A stretch of DNA of 64,000 bases from Alphaproteobacteria bacterium. GTDB lineage: Bacteria; Pseudomonadota; Alphaproteobacteria; GM7ARS4; G965262615. Every line of letters begins with the position of its first letter. Within the stretch, counting starts at the first letter, position 1. Both the position numbers and the translations under genes were made by a program. The notes under the pieces are model-generated. The model saw only the letters and a program-made list of their open reading frames with translations, made no database searches and had not been told where the DNA came from. This document shows positions 39,237 through 49,598 of this stretch, one piece after another. The stretch lies in assembly GCA_965262615.1 (NCBI GenBank), contig OZ253545.1, positions 608,001-672,000 of the forward strand, read 5' to 3'.

Positions 39237-39521
39237 TCATTGTTTATTCTTAATTCGTTCCAGCATCTGAGGGCTGGGGCGAAATTTGATGACATGGCGT
39301 TGCTTGAGCTCAATGGTGCGATTTTGCGTGGGATGCTTTGCCGTGCGGGCGGGCAAGCATCGGGTGAAGAATGTGCCAAAGCCTCGCAATTGAATGGGGG
39401 CTTGGCGAGTGAGGTGGTCTGCCATCGTGGTGAAAATGATGTGCACCATGCGGCGAACGGCATCATCGGGCAGGTGCGGATATTGCTGACGCAGCTTTTT
39501 TATGAGTTGAGAACGGGTCAT
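39237..39521 (-). CDS. ihfB: Integration host factor beta / HU-family DNA-binding protein
   Basis: MTRSQLI, IQLRGFGTF, R.A.HP and FRPS motifs. Confidence 0.8.
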   Translation of the reverse strand: MTRSQLIKKLRQQYPHLPDDAVRRMVHIIFTTMADHLTRQAPIQLRGFGTFFTRCLPARTAKHPTQNRTIELKQRHVIKFRPSPQMLERIKNKQ

Positions 39522-39549
39522 GTTCTAGGCGCGTGACGATTTCTTTGTT

Positions 39550-40578
39550 ATGGTGGCACACACGAATGGCGATGAAAAGACGATGAAAATTCCCACCACC
39601 ATAGTGACAGGCTTTCTCGGCGCGGGCAAGACCAGTTTGATTGCGTCTTTGCTCAAGCAGAGCGATTTGCGTCTGGCGTTGCTCATCAATGAGTTTGGCT
39701 CGGTGGGCATGGACGGCGCAATTTTAGCCGATGAAGAGGGATGCGCGTGCCCCATGATTGAACTTGCCAATGGGTGTATTTGTTGCACCATTGCCGATGA
39801 TTTTGTTCCTGCGATGGAATCACTGGCATCATTGGAGAAGCCGCCGCATCATGTGGTGATTGAAACATCGGGATTGGCGTTGCCACAGCCATTGGTCAAA
39901 GCGTTTGATTGGCATGGGGTGCGCACGCGGTTTTATGTGCAAGGAGTCGTCACCGTGCTGGATTGCGACCAGCTGGCACATGAATCACAGGCGCAACTGA
40001 ACCAACAGGCGGGCATCATCAATCATGACAAGGGAATGGACGAATTGCTGACGGAGCAGCTGCATCATGCCGATATTATTCTCATGAACAAAGCCGATTG
40101 TGTGACCCAAACACAGCGCAATGCCATTCGTGAGCGTGTTCGTCCGTTTCATCATGAGGCGGTGCGCGTGCATGAGACCCATCATGGCGTGTTTCCCATG
40201 TCATTATTGCTGGATGAGACGGCACATCGCGTCCATGAGGATGACCACGACCATGAGCATGATGACCATGACCATGATGATTTTTCCTCTGTCTCATTAC
40301 AAGGGGGCGTTTTCGCATCGCAAGACGAATTGGAACAGGCGGTGATGAACTGCATGGCGCGTCATTCTTTGTATCGCCTGAAGGGGATGGTGACCATTGC
40401 CGGCAAATCGTTACCGATGGTGGTGCAGGCGGTGGGCAAGCGGGTTCATTGTTATCATGTTCGTGGGGGTCATCGGAACAACGGCTCATCGGTTGTGGTG
40501 GCGATTGGCGGGCGCGCTCTGGATAGCGATGCCATTGGGCACACTTTGGGACACGATTTCAAACCATGCATCTCTTGA
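39550..40578 (+). CDS. cobW: COG0523 GTPase CobW
   Basis: GFLGAGKT, NEFG, GCICC and ETSGLALP motifs; His/Asp tract; upstream of cobN; start may be 39583. Confidence 0.92.
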   Translation: MVAHTNGDEKTMKIPTTIVTGFLGAGKTSLIASLLKQSDLRLALLINEFGSVGMDGAILADEEGCACPMIELANGCICCTIADDFVPAMESLASLEKPPHHVVIETSGLALPQPLVKAFDWHGVRTRFYVQGVVTVLDCDQLAHESQAQLNQQAGIINHDKGMDELLTEQLHHADIILMNKADCVTQTQRNAIRERVRPFHHEAVRVHETHHGVFPMSLLLDETAHRVHEDDHDHEHDDHDHDDFSSVSLQGGVFASQDELEQAVMNCMARHSLYRLKGMVTIAGKSLPMVVQAVGKRVHCYHVRGGHRNNGSSVVVAIGGRALDSDAIGHTLGHDFKPCIS

Positions 40579-43500
40579 CCACAACCCAGCTGCGCGACGA
40601 TGAAGCCATCGCCATCGCGCAGTCATCGGGCGATGTGGTCATTTTGTCGGCTGCCGACAGTGATTTATCCTTGTTGGCGCGAGCCAAACAAAAAGCACCC
40701 GACTTGAATCATGTGCGGGTGCGTCTGTTCAATTATGGCGCATTGTCTCATCCGTTGTCGGTGGATGATTACATGGGATGTGTGGTGCAAGAGGCGCGTT
40801 TTGTGGCGGTGCGATTGCTGGGAGGCATTGCCTCGTGGTCTTACGGCGTGGAGTGTTTGCAAGCGTGGGCAGCACATAACAACAGGATGTTGGTGTTGCT
40901 CAGTGGAGATGGCTCGGCGGGTGACGACTTGCACGCACAAGGAACGGTGACAGCAACGCAGCATGAGCGGCTTGCCGCCTATCTCAATCAAGGGGGCGAG
41001 GCGAATGCTCTGGCGTTCTTGCGGTATGTTTGCGGTCTCATGGATGGAGCGATTGGCGATGATGTGCCGCCGCCGCAAGAGCAACCACAGCTGGGGATTT
41101 TTTGCGAGACCGAGACTCAATTGGGAGCGGGCACATTGGGGCGAGCATTCATCATTGCCTACGGCGCGCATGTGCGGGCGGGTGACACCGCACATCTTGA
41201 ATCATTGGTGACCCATTTGCAGCAGCAAAAGATTGCCGCTCATGTGCTCTATGTGCGTTCTCTCAAGGATGATGAATCGGCGGCATTTCTCAAGGATTAC
41301 GGCATCAAATATCCGCCTCATGTTATCATCACCACGACGGGCTTTGCCGCCTCGTCCTTTGGCGATGGTGATGGCGGCATTGTGGGATCATTTGGCGTTC
41401 CCGTGTTGCAGGCGGTGGCGTGTGGGCAATCATTGGAGGCATGGCGCGACCAAGCGGTGGGATTGCTCTCGCGCGACATCGCTATGCAGGTGGCATTGCC
41501 AGAAGTGGATGGACGCATCATCGCACCATTGATTTCTCACAAGCAAGAATTCACCTTCGCCGAAGAAGTGGATGCCGCACTCACGCAGTATGCCCCCTAT
41601 GAAGAGGGGATTGCGACATTGGCGCGTCTGACACGGCGATGGGTGACGCTGCAACAAAAGCCTCAGGATGCGTGTCGCATTGCCATCATTCTTGCCAATG
41701 TGCCTCATTCTGATGGCAGAATTGCTAATGGGGTTGGACTCAACACGCCGGCATCCTTGCATCATATCATTGAGCACTTGGGCGAGCAGGGATATGACAT
41801 CGGCACGCCGCCAGCCTCTGTGCCAGAGTGGATGGATGTCATCAAGAGCGGCATCACCAATGAGCATGGAAAAAAAAACAAAGAGATTCGTCATTCATTT
41901 CCTTTGGCTGCGTATGCTTCTTGTTTTGCGCGTCTGCCGTGTGATGTGCAGCGTCAGGTGACGGAGCGTTGGGGCGAGCCTCATGAGGATGCCTTTGTGC
42001 GTGATGATGCTCTGGCATTGCCGGTGTCTGTTTTTGGCAATGTGGCGGTTGCCATTCAGCCTGCGCGTGATGCAGCAGTGATGGATACGCAACGCTATCA
42101 TGACCCTCTCGTGCCGCCGCCTCATGGGTATTACGGATTTTATGCGTGGCTCAAGGATGTGTTCAAAGCCGATGCGGTGATTCATTTGGGCAAACACGGC
42201 ACGCTGGAGTGGCTGCCGGGCAAGGGGGTGGGGCTGTCGGCTTCGTGCTACCCATCGTTATTGATGGGAGACATGCCCCATGTGTATCCTTTTATTGTCA
42301 ATGACCCTGGCGAGGGCAGTCAGGCAAAGAGGCGCGCTGCTGCCGTGATTGTGGATCACATGACGCCCCCCATGATGACTGCGGAACTGTACGGCTCCCT
42401 TAATGAATTGGAAGCTCTTGCCGATGAGTATGAACAGGCGGCGCGGCTGCATCCCCATCGCTTGCCCACCTTGGCGCGAGCATTGCGTGATGCCGCCAGC
42501 AAGAGCGGCATCGCACAAGAGTGTGACCTCACCAATGAGATGAAAGATAATGATTGGCTGGATGCCATTGACCGTCATTTGTGCGTGATCAAAGAGACAC
42601 AAATTCGCGGCGGTTTGCATATCTATGGTGCGCCCATGAAAAAAGAAGAAGAGGGCGAGCATTTATACGCCTTGACGCGGCTGCCTCGCGGTGACAAAGG
42701 CGATTCTCTTCTTCGAGCAATGGCAGGCGATTGTGGCATGGCGTTTGACCCATTGTTGCCCAGTGACCAATTGAGTGCGCGCTGGAGTGATGCCAAACCG
42801 CCTTTGTTGGAGGCGGTGTTGTCTCGTCCGTTGCGGCGGCTGGCGGATGGGGTGGAGGCACTGCGTGTGTTGGGGTGTCAGTTTTTAACAAAGGCGCGCT
42901 CAGTGCCGTCTGATTGGCATCGCACGGCGCGCGTGTTGGCTGAGGTGGATGATGTCATTCGTCCAAAATTGAAATTGTGTCCGCACCATGAGATGACGCA
43001 TTTGGTGTGGGGTTTGCAGGGGCGATTTGTGCCTCCTGGTCCTGCGGGTGCACCCTCACGAGGACGCTTGGATGTTCTGCCCACAGGACGCAATTTTTAC
43101 AGTCTTGATCCCAGACGCATCCCCACAGCCGCCGCCTATCGCTTGGGGAAAAAATCCGCCGAGCTGTTGATTGAAGACTACTGCCAGCGCACAGGAGACA
43201 TGCCGCGTCAATTGGCTCTGTCGGTCTGGGGAACTTCCAACATGCGCACCGGTGGCGAAGATATATCACAGGCACTGGCACTGATGGGGGTTGCGCCGTG
43301 TTGGGATGAAGTCTCGCGGCGATTGACTCATTTTGAAATTATTCCCCAATCGGTGCTGGGGCGACCACGGGTGGATGTCATGCTGCGTATATCGGGATTT
43401 TTTCGTGACGCATTCTCCCACCTCATCCATCTGTTTGCCGATGCCGTCACCGCTCTGGCTCAGCAGTCTCATGAAGATGACAGTGACAATCCCATCAAAG

Positions 43501-44273
43501 CTCACAGCAATGCTTTGACTTCCCACTTGACGGCAGAAGGCATGGGACAAAATCAGGCATGGCAATTGGCGACCTTGCGGGTGTTTGGGTCAGCACCCAA
43601 CACTTATGGCGCAGCCATTGACCGCCTCATTGATAGCGGCAATTGGCAAAGCACCAGCGACATCGCCGACCAGTGGATTGATTGGGCAAGTTACGGCTAC
43701 AGTCGCCATCATCATGGCAGTCAAGCCAAATCAATTGTGCAACACCAATTGGCGCGCGTGGATGGGGTCATTCACAATCAAGACAACAGGGAGCACGATG
43801 TGTTGGACTCTGACGATTATTACCAATTCTGTGGCGGCATGACCGCCGCCGTCACCCAGCAAAAGGGAAGCGAGCCTCTGGTGTATCACAATGACCATTC
43901 CAATGTGGAATATCCTCTCATTCAATCGTTGGCACAGGAGATCAATCGCACGGTGCGAGCCCGTGCCGCCAATCCCAAATGGCTTGGTCGCATCATGCAG
44001 CACGGTTACAAGGGGGCGTTTGAAATCGCCGCCACGGTGGATTATCTTTTCGCCTTTGCTGCCACCACATCGGCTGTTTCATCCCATCATTTCACCTTGC
44101 TCTTTGAGGCGTATGTTGCCGATGACGAGGTGCGTCAATTCATGCAAAAAGCCAATCCCGATGCGTTTGATTCTATGGTGGCGCGTTTTCAAGAAGCCGT
44201 CGCTCGCAATCTATGGCAGCCTCACAGCAATCATGTTCCCATCACTCTTGACAGATGGCAAGGATTAGCGTGA
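40566..44273 (+). CDS. cobN: Cobaltochelatase subunit CobN
   Basis: MHLL start; HLGKHGTLEWLPGK, YPFIVNDPGEG.QAKRR, DVLPTGRNFY and DSDDYYQF motifs. Confidence 0.96.
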   Translation: MHLLTTTQLRDDEAIAIAQSSGDVVILSAADSDLSLLARAKQKAPDLNHVRVRLFNYGALSHPLSVDDYMGCVVQEARFVAVRLLGGIASWSYGVECLQAWAAHNNRMLVLLSGDGSAGDDLHAQGTVTATQHERLAAYLNQGGEANALAFLRYVCGLMDGAIGDDVPPPQEQPQLGIFCETETQLGAGTLGRAFIIAYGAHVRAGDTAHLESLVTHLQQQKIAAHVLYVRSLKDDESAAFLKDYGIKYPPHVIITTTGFAASSFGDGDGGIVGSFGVPVLQAVACGQSLEAWRDQAVGLLSRDIAMQVALPEVDGRIIAPLISHKQEFTFAEEVDAALTQYAPYEEGIATLARLTRRWVTLQQKPQDACRIAIILANVPHSDGRIANGVGLNTPASLHHIIEHLGEQGYDIGTPPASVPEWMDVIKSGITNEHGKKNKEIRHSFPLAAYASCFARLPCDVQRQVTERWGEPHEDAFVRDDALALPVSVFGNVAVAIQPARDAAVMDTQRYHDPLVPPPHGYYGFYAWLKDVFKADAVIHLGKHGTLEWLPGKGVGLSASCYPSLLMGDMPHVYPFIVNDPGEGSQAKRRAAAVIVDHMTPPMMTAELYGSLNELEALADEYEQAARLHPHRLPTLARALRDAASKSGIAQECDLTNEMKDNDWLDAIDRHLCVIKETQIRGGLHIYGAPMKKEEEGEHLYALTRLPRGDKGDSLLRAMAGDCGMAFDPLLPSDQLSARWSDAKPPLLEAVLSRPLRRLADGVEALRVLGCQFLTKARSVPSDWHRTARVLAEVDDVIRPKLKLCPHHEMTHLVWGLQGRFVPPGPAGAPSRGRLDVLPTGRNFYSLDPRRIPTAAAYRLGKKSAELLIEDYCQRTGDMPRQLALSVWGTSNMRTGGEDISQALALMGVAPCWDEVSRRLTHFEIIPQSVLGRPRVDVMLRISGFFRDAFSHLIHLFADAVTALAQQSHEDDSDNPIKAHSNALTSHLTAEGMGQNQAWQLATLRVFGSAPNTYGAAIDRLIDSGNWQSTSDIADQWIDWASYGYSRHHHGSQAKSIVQHQLARVDGVIHNQDNREHDVLDSDDYYQFCGGMTAAVTQQKGSEPLVYHNDHSNVEYPLIQSLAQEINRTVRARAANPKWLGRIMQHGYKGAFEIAATVDYLFAFAATTSAVSSHHFTLLFEAYVADDEVRQFMQKANPDAFDSMVARFQEAVARNLWQPHSNHVPITLDRWQGLA

Positions 44274-44908
44274 ATTCACATATCATGAATGAGGATTTTG
44301 CCAGAGCCAATGAGCGCGCCCGCAAGCGAAAGATCGCGCAAGATAAAGAAGTCGCCGCCAAGAAAAAAACAGGCGGAGTATTGATTGTCTATACAGGAGC
44401 GGGAAAGGGAAAATCCACCGCCGCTTTTGGTCTGCTCACACGGGCACTGGGGCATGGACTCAAAATCGCCGTTGTTCAATTCACCAAAGGAAAGTGGAGC
44501 ACGGGCGAGCGACTGTTCTTTCAGCAGCCTCACCTCAAGGACAACATCGCCTTTTTCTCTATGGGAGACGGATTCACATGGGAGACTCAAGACAAGGCGC
44601 AAGACATTGACAAGGCACAAGCGGCTTGGCAAAAAGCCGTCTCATTGATTGAGGAGGCGCGCGCGACGCCGCCTCGCTGGAATGTTATTTTGTTGGACGA
44701 ATTGAATCATATTTTGCGTTATGGCTATCTGGATGAGACGATGGTGCTGGATGCCTTGCGGAATCGTCCTGCTGGTTTGCATGTGGTGGTCACGGGGCGC
44801 AGCGCGCTGGCATCACTCATTGACATGGCAGACACCGTGACCGAGATGAAAAACATTCATCACGCCTATCAAAAAGGCTTTCGGGCACAAAAGGGAATTG
44901 AGTTTTAG
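44255..44908 (+). CDS. cobO: Cob(I)yrinic acid a,c-diamide adenosyltransferase
   Basis: YTGAGKGKSTAAFG, GDGFTW, LDE and AQKGIEF motifs. Confidence 0.95.
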   Translation: MARISVNSHIMNEDFARANERARKRKIAQDKEVAAKKKTGGVLIVYTGAGKGKSTAAFGLLTRALGHGLKIAVVQFTKGKWSTGERLFFQQPHLKDNIAFFSMGDGFTWETQDKAQDIDKAQAAWQKAVSLIEEARATPPRWNVILLDELNHILRYGYLDETMVLDALRNRPAGLHVVVTGRSALASLIDMADTVTEMKNIHHAYQKGFRAQKGIEF

Positions 44909-44910
44909 TC

Positions 44911-46416
44911 ATGCGCCGTTTGCGTCATACAAAAATTCTTGCCACTTTGGGCCCTGCCTCTTCGGATGCCGCCACCATTGAGTCACTCTATGTGGCGGGT
45001 GCGGATTTGTTTCGTTTCAATTTCAGTCATGGCACGCACGAGGAGCATCAGCATCGCTTTGAGCTGGTGCGAGACTTGGAGAAGCGGTTGCAGCGTCCCA
45101 TTGGCGTGATTGCCGACTTGCAGGGTCCCAAATTGCGTTTGGGAGTCTTTGCCGAGAAATCCGTCTTGCTGCGTTCGGGACAGGAGTTTCGTCTGGATAG
45201 CGATGATGCACTGGGCGATGAGCAGCGCGTCTGCTTGCCTCACAAAGAAATTATTGAATCCATGCAGCCAGGCAGTGACCTATTGCTGGATGACGGCAAA
45301 CTTCGCCTCAAGGTGGTGCGGGCAGGGGCGAATTTCCTTGACACCAAAGTGGTGATTGGCGGCGAGATTTCATCAAACAAAGGGGTCAATGTGCTGGACA
45401 CCATTTTGAATCGCCCCGTGCTGACCGACAAGGATCGCAAAGATTGCGAATTTGCCATTCAGCTGGGATGTGATTTTATCGCCTTGTCGTTTGTGCAGTC
45501 TCCTGAGGATGTGGAGTCATTGCGGCGTTTGACCAAAGGGCGCATTCACATCATGACCAAGATGGAAAAACCCAGTGCCATTGAGCGCATGCAAGAGATT
45601 ATTGCGGTGTCCGATGCGGTGATGGTGGCGCGAGGCGATTTGGGCGTGGAGCTGCCTCCCGAAGAAGTTCCCATTCAGCAAAAGCGTCTGATCAGTGCGT
45701 GTCGCGAGGCCGGCAAGCCTGTGGTGGTGGCGACTCACATGCTGGATTCCATGGTGCACGCACCGCAACCCACGCGAGCCGAAGCATCTGATGTGGCAAC
45801 CGCGGTCTATGATGGTGCGGATGCCGTCACCCTATCGGCAGAGACGGCGGCGGGCAAGTATTGTCGTGAGTCGGTGGCGATGATGGATCGCATCATTTGT
45901 CGTGTGGAGGAACACGCTTTGTATCGTCAGATTTTGAAAAATTGGCATCCGCCGCCACAGGCGACCGTGTCCGATGCGGTCAGCATTGCGGCGGCGGGAG
46001 CGGCAGAGACATTGCAAGCACAGGTGATGGTCACCTTTACCAAAACCGGTTCAACGGCTCTGTTGGCATCCCGTGAGCGTCCATCACTGGGAATTCTGGG
46101 ACTCACCGCCGACCTGCACACGGCGCGCCGCCTTAATATTGCCTGGGGAGTCTATCCGGTGGTGGAGGCAGAGGTGGAGAATTTTTCCGACATGGTGGAT
46201 AAAGCCTGTCGCGCCGTGTTCAGGGAGCAGATGGCACAAGTGGGCGATGTCATCGTGGTGACGGCAGGCGTTCCTTTTGGCACGGCGGGCTCAACAAATG
46301 TGGTGCGCATTGCCCATGTGGAGCAGCATCATGCCGATGCCGTTCGCAAAGAGCCTCATCATAAAGGAGTGGCGGACGCGAGCGACCATCGCCAGCTGCA
46401 CAGCAAGAATAATTAG
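44911..46416 (+). CDS. pyk: Pyruvate kinase
   Basis: [27 protein letters not shown] and [10 protein letters not shown] motifs. Confidence 0.97.
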   Translation: MRRLRHTKILATLGPASSDAATIESLYVAGADLFRFNFSHGTHEEHQHRFELVRDLEKRLQRPIGVIADLQGPKLRLGVFAEKSVLLRSGQEFRLDSDDALGDEQRVCLPHKEIIESMQPGSDLLLDDGKLRLKVVRAGANFLDTKVVIGGEISSNKGVNVLDTILNRPVLTDKDRKDCEFAIQLGCDFIALSFVQSPEDVESLRRLTKGRIHIMTKMEKPSAIERMQEIIAVSDAVMVARGDLGVELPPEEVPIQQKRLISACREAGKPVVVATHMLDSMVHAPQPTRAEASDVATAVYDGADAVTLSAETAAGKYCRESVAMMDRIICRVEEHALYRQILKNWHPPPQATVSDAVSIAAAGAAETLQAQVMVTFTKTGSTALLASRERPSLGILGLTADLHTARRLNIAWGVYPVVEAEVENFSDMVDKACRAVFREQMAQVGDVIVVTAGVPFGTAGSTNVVRIAHVEQHHADAVRKEPHHKGVADASDHRQLHSKNN

Positions 46417-46538
46417 CCCTGACGCGCCTTAAAGCGAGGCTGCAACTTATTGATCACATACAAGCGTCCCTTGCGGCGCACCACACGGCACGCTCTATGA
46501 CGCTGTTTGGCTGACTTCAGTGAATTGAGAACTTTCAT
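46413..46538 (-). CDS. rpmJ: 50S ribosomal protein L36, zinc-free type B (41 aa, not in the ORF track)
   Basis: Manual translation: [41 protein letters not shown]. Confidence 0.95.
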   Translation of the reverse strand: MKVLNSLKSAKQRHRACRVVRRKGRLYVINKLQPRFKARQG

Positions 46539-46622
46539 GCTCGCCATTCTATCCCATCCCTTTGGTGAAGACAAGGTCACTTCTCTCTTGAGTCAGACGG
46601 TTTTTGGGAGCATGATAGAAAT

Positions 46623-47447
46623 ATGAGTCGGCAGCAAGTGAGCAAAAACAAAGAGGGCATCACTCTGCACAGTGCGCAGGATTTTCAAGCCATGCGCGCC
46701 AGTGGAGCCCTTGCCGCCGCCTGTCTTGATGCCGTCACTGAGATTATTGAAGAGGGAGTCACCACCAATCAGATTAATCAATTGTGTCATGATTTTATTG
46801 TGCGTCATCATGCCACGCCCGCGCCTCTTCATTACAAGGGCTACCCTAAATCTGTGTGCACATCTGTTAATTATGAGGTGTGTCATGGCATTCCCAATGA
46901 TCATCCGTTGCGGCGAGGCGATATTCTCAATGTGGATGTCACCGTCATTCACGAGGGATGGTATGGTGATAGCAGCCGCATGTTTGTCGTGGGAGATTGG
47001 CGCGCGCTGCCATCACAGACACAAAAACTCATCACCATCACCCATGATGCCCTGATGCGCGCCATTGATACCGTGCGAGAGGGCAGCTATCTGGGGGACA
47101 TCGGCTCAGCCATTCAATCTTTGGTGGAAGCCGAAGGATTTTCGGTGGTGCGAGAATTTTGCGGACACGGATTGGGCAGAGTCTTTCACGATGCGCCGCA
47201 AGTGGTTCATTTTGGCAAGCACGGCACGGGTTTGCGTTTGCAAGAAGGGATGTTTTTTACCATTGAGCCCATGATTAATGTGGGCGCGCCCGCCGTCACC
47301 ATTCTCAAAGACGGTTGGACGGCGATCACCAGAGACCGCAGCTTGTCGGCGCAATTTGAGCATTCCATTGGCGTGACCTCACACGGTGCAGAAATTTTCA
47401 CCGCCTCAGCCAAAGGATGGCATCAGCCGCCCTACACGCAATCATGA
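46623..47447 (+). CDS. map: Methionine aminopeptidase type I
   Basis: SVN..VCHGIP, DVT, GDSSR, FCGHG, FTIEPMIN and SAQFEH motifs. Confidence 0.97.
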   Translation: MSRQQVSKNKEGITLHSAQDFQAMRASGALAAACLDAVTEIIEEGVTTNQINQLCHDFIVRHHATPAPLHYKGYPKSVCTSVNYEVCHGIPNDHPLRRGDILNVDVTVIHEGWYGDSSRMFVVGDWRALPSQTQKLITITHDALMRAIDTVREGSYLGDIGSAIQSLVEAEGFSVVREFCGHGLGRVFHDAPQVVHFGKHGTGLRLQEGMFFTIEPMINVGAPAVTILKDGWTAITRDRSLSAQFEHSIGVTSHGAEIFTASAKGWHQPPYTQS

Positions 47448-48877
47448 CGGCGCAAACAGAGGGCAAAGCAAAATGGCACAAAGGACATCGCCAGCGAGTC
47501 ATTGAGCGAATTGGAAAAGAAAATCTGCAAGCCATGCGGGACTATGAACTGCTGGAGGCACTGCTCTTTTTCTCAATACCCCAAAGAGACACCAAAGGCA
47601 TCGCCAAAGATTTGCTTGCTCTCAGTGGAAACTCATTATGGAAACTTTTCACTATGGAGAGTGCCAAACGGGCGGATGTTAAATTTGTGGCGGAAAAGAC
47701 CAATAAATTATTGACCATTGTGCGTGAGGTAGGGATGCTCATGGCACAGGAGCAAAGTCACCATCAACAGCCATTGATGGACAGTCTGGAAGCCATTGTG
47801 ACATATTGTCGCCACAATATGACTGTCGATGGCAATCAATTTTTTCTTGTGTTGTATGTGGATCACAAAAATCGCCTCATCACCCATGAACGGATGGAGC
47901 ACAAAAAGACACGAAATCATTGTGCGTTATTGCGTCATGTTGTGAAGCAGTCGTTCATTTATGATGGCACTGCTGTTGTGTTGGCGCGCTATGATACGGC
48001 ACAGCACATCGTTCCCACAGAGCATGATATTGCCATGATGCATGCCATCACAGAGCCATTGCGAGAGATGGCTATTGGTTGTGTGGATTATGTGATTGTC
48101 AATCGGCGAGGGCACTATAGTTGGAATCACAGCGTCAATATCAAGATGCAAGACCAAGCCGTGCTGATGGAAAATACGGCACACGATGATTCAGACCTTT
48201 ACGAGTGGCATGATGATGACGACAATGAAGAAATGCCATTGGCGATGGATGATGCTGTCACGGCATCAGAGGAAGATCTGCTTCATGCTTTATTATTTTT
48301 AGTGACGAAATCGTCGGCGGCGGAAGAGATGGCGCGCGCCATGCTGTCATCATTCAACGGCTCACTTGCTCATATGGTGTATGCCTCAACACAAGAGCGC
48401 GTGGCACGAGGAATCACCCATGCACGCATCAATGTATTGCTCAATTTGATTGGTGAGTTATCACGGCGCATGGCACACGAGCAGATGAAAAGTCATGGAC
48501 ATTCACTGATGAGTGGCTTTGACGAATTGATTCAGTATTGTCGCGCCAACATTGGTCATAAACGGACGGAATGTTTTCATGTGTTGTATCTGGATCACAA
48601 GAAGCGTTTGATTACCGATGCCATGCTGGCACAAGGGGAAGCAACAAAGGTGAGTTTTTCCCTGCGAGATTTGACGAAACAGGCACTCATTCACGATGCG
48701 CGAGGGTTGGTGATGGTTCATAATCATCCCAGCGGACAAGCCAAGCCCTCCCGTGACGATGTTCATGTAACGCAAAAAATTAGAAAGAAGTTGCAGCTGT
48801 TAGGGATTGTGCTGTTGGATCACATCATTATCACTCGCAAAGATTATTACAGTTTTGAGCAAGACGGGTTGTTGTGA
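47444..48877 (+). CDS. radC: RadC-family protein with two tandem RadC units (first JAB domain degenerate, second intact)
   Basis: GHR.R...YELLE.LL...P..DTK N-terminus; C-terminal HNHPSG...PS.DD...LLDHIII; internal VLY.DHK.RLIT repeat. Confidence 0.88.
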   Translation: MTAQTEGKAKWHKGHRQRVIERIGKENLQAMRDYELLEALLFFSIPQRDTKGIAKDLLALSGNSLWKLFTMESAKRADVKFVAEKTNKLLTIVREVGMLMAQEQSHHQQPLMDSLEAIVTYCRHNMTVDGNQFFLVLYVDHKNRLITHERMEHKKTRNHCALLRHVVKQSFIYDGTAVVLARYDTAQHIVPTEHDIAMMHAITEPLREMAIGCVDYVIVNRRGHYSWNHSVNIKMQDQAVLMENTAHDDSDLYEWHDDDDNEEMPLAMDDAVTASEEDLLHALLFLVTKSSAAEEMARAMLSSFNGSLAHMVYASTQERVARGITHARINVLLNLIGELSRRMAHEQMKSHGHSLMSGFDELIQYCRANIGHKRTECFHVLYLDHKKRLITDAMLAQGEATKVSFSLRDLTKQALIHDARGLVMVHNHPSGQAKPSRDDVHVTQKIRKKLQLLGIVLLDHIIITRKDYYSFEQDGLL

Positions 48878-48878
48878 G

Positions 48879-49592
48879 ATGCGTTTTTCTCCGCCACTGG
48901 TTGAGGCTCGCCTGTTGCGCCGTTATAAGCGATTTTTGGCGGATATGCGTCTGGCGGATGGACAGGAGGTTGTGGCGCACTGTCCTAATCCGGGGGCGAT
49001 GACGGGCTTATCGGATGAGGGACAGCGATGCTGGTTGCGCTTTGATGATGCGCCGCATCGCCGCTTGTCTTGGAGCTGGATTTTCAGTGAGCAAGGGGAC
49101 TCTCTGGTGGGGGTTCATACCATGATGGCAAATCAGCTGGCGATGGAAGCCATTGACAATCAGTCATTGGATTGTTTTGCCCAGATGAGCGTTCTTAAAA
49201 AAGAGCCGCGTCTTGATGATGCATCAGTGCGGCTGGATTTTTTGTTGTGCGATTCAGATGGCGAGCAGATTTATTTGGAAGTCAAGAGTGTCACTCTGGC
49301 ACAACAAGAAGACGGCAGACGAGTTGCGCTGTTTCCCGATGCCGTCACCAAGAGAGGCGCAAAACACATGAAGACGCTGGCATCTTTGGCGCGGCAACAA
49401 AAGAAAAGCATGGTGTTGTTTGTCATTCAGCGTTGCGACTGCGATGCCTTTCGCAGTCATGATGCTTTGGATGCGGCGTATGGTGCATCATTGCGTGAGG
49501 CGCGAGCGGCGGGGGTGCATATTGTCGCCGCTTCTTGTATGGTGACCCCTGAGCACATTGCCCTTGCGCGAACGACACATATTCAATGGTGA
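48879..49592 (+). CDS. sfsA: Sugar fermentation stimulation protein SfsA (nuclease fold)
   Basis: RYKRFLAD, HCPNPG.M, EVKSVTL and FPDAVT.RG.KH motifs. Confidence 0.93.
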   Translation: MRFSPPLVEARLLRRYKRFLADMRLADGQEVVAHCPNPGAMTGLSDEGQRCWLRFDDAPHRRLSWSWIFSEQGDSLVGVHTMMANQLAMEAIDNQSLDCFAQMSVLKKEPRLDDASVRLDFLLCDSDGEQIYLEVKSVTLAQQEDGRRVALFPDAVTKRGAKHMKTLASLARQQKKSMVLFVIQRCDCDAFRSHDALDAAYGASLREARAAGVHIVAASCMVTPEHIALARTTHIQW

Positions 49593-49598
49593 CATGAC

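Noticed and set aside
21400-39240. T3SS as a recently acquired mobile island
   Set aside because: No integrase, transposase, tRNA or flanking direct repeats were seen, and most genes look compositionally like the backbone by eye.
40232-40282. GAC/CAT/GAT short tandem repeats
   Set aside because: They encode the usual His/Asp metal-binding tract of CobW, not a CRISPR or VNTR.
46413-46538. Zinc-free L36 missed by the ORF track
   Set aside because: A real gene (listed as a feature), but it is the normal alphaproteobacterial form.
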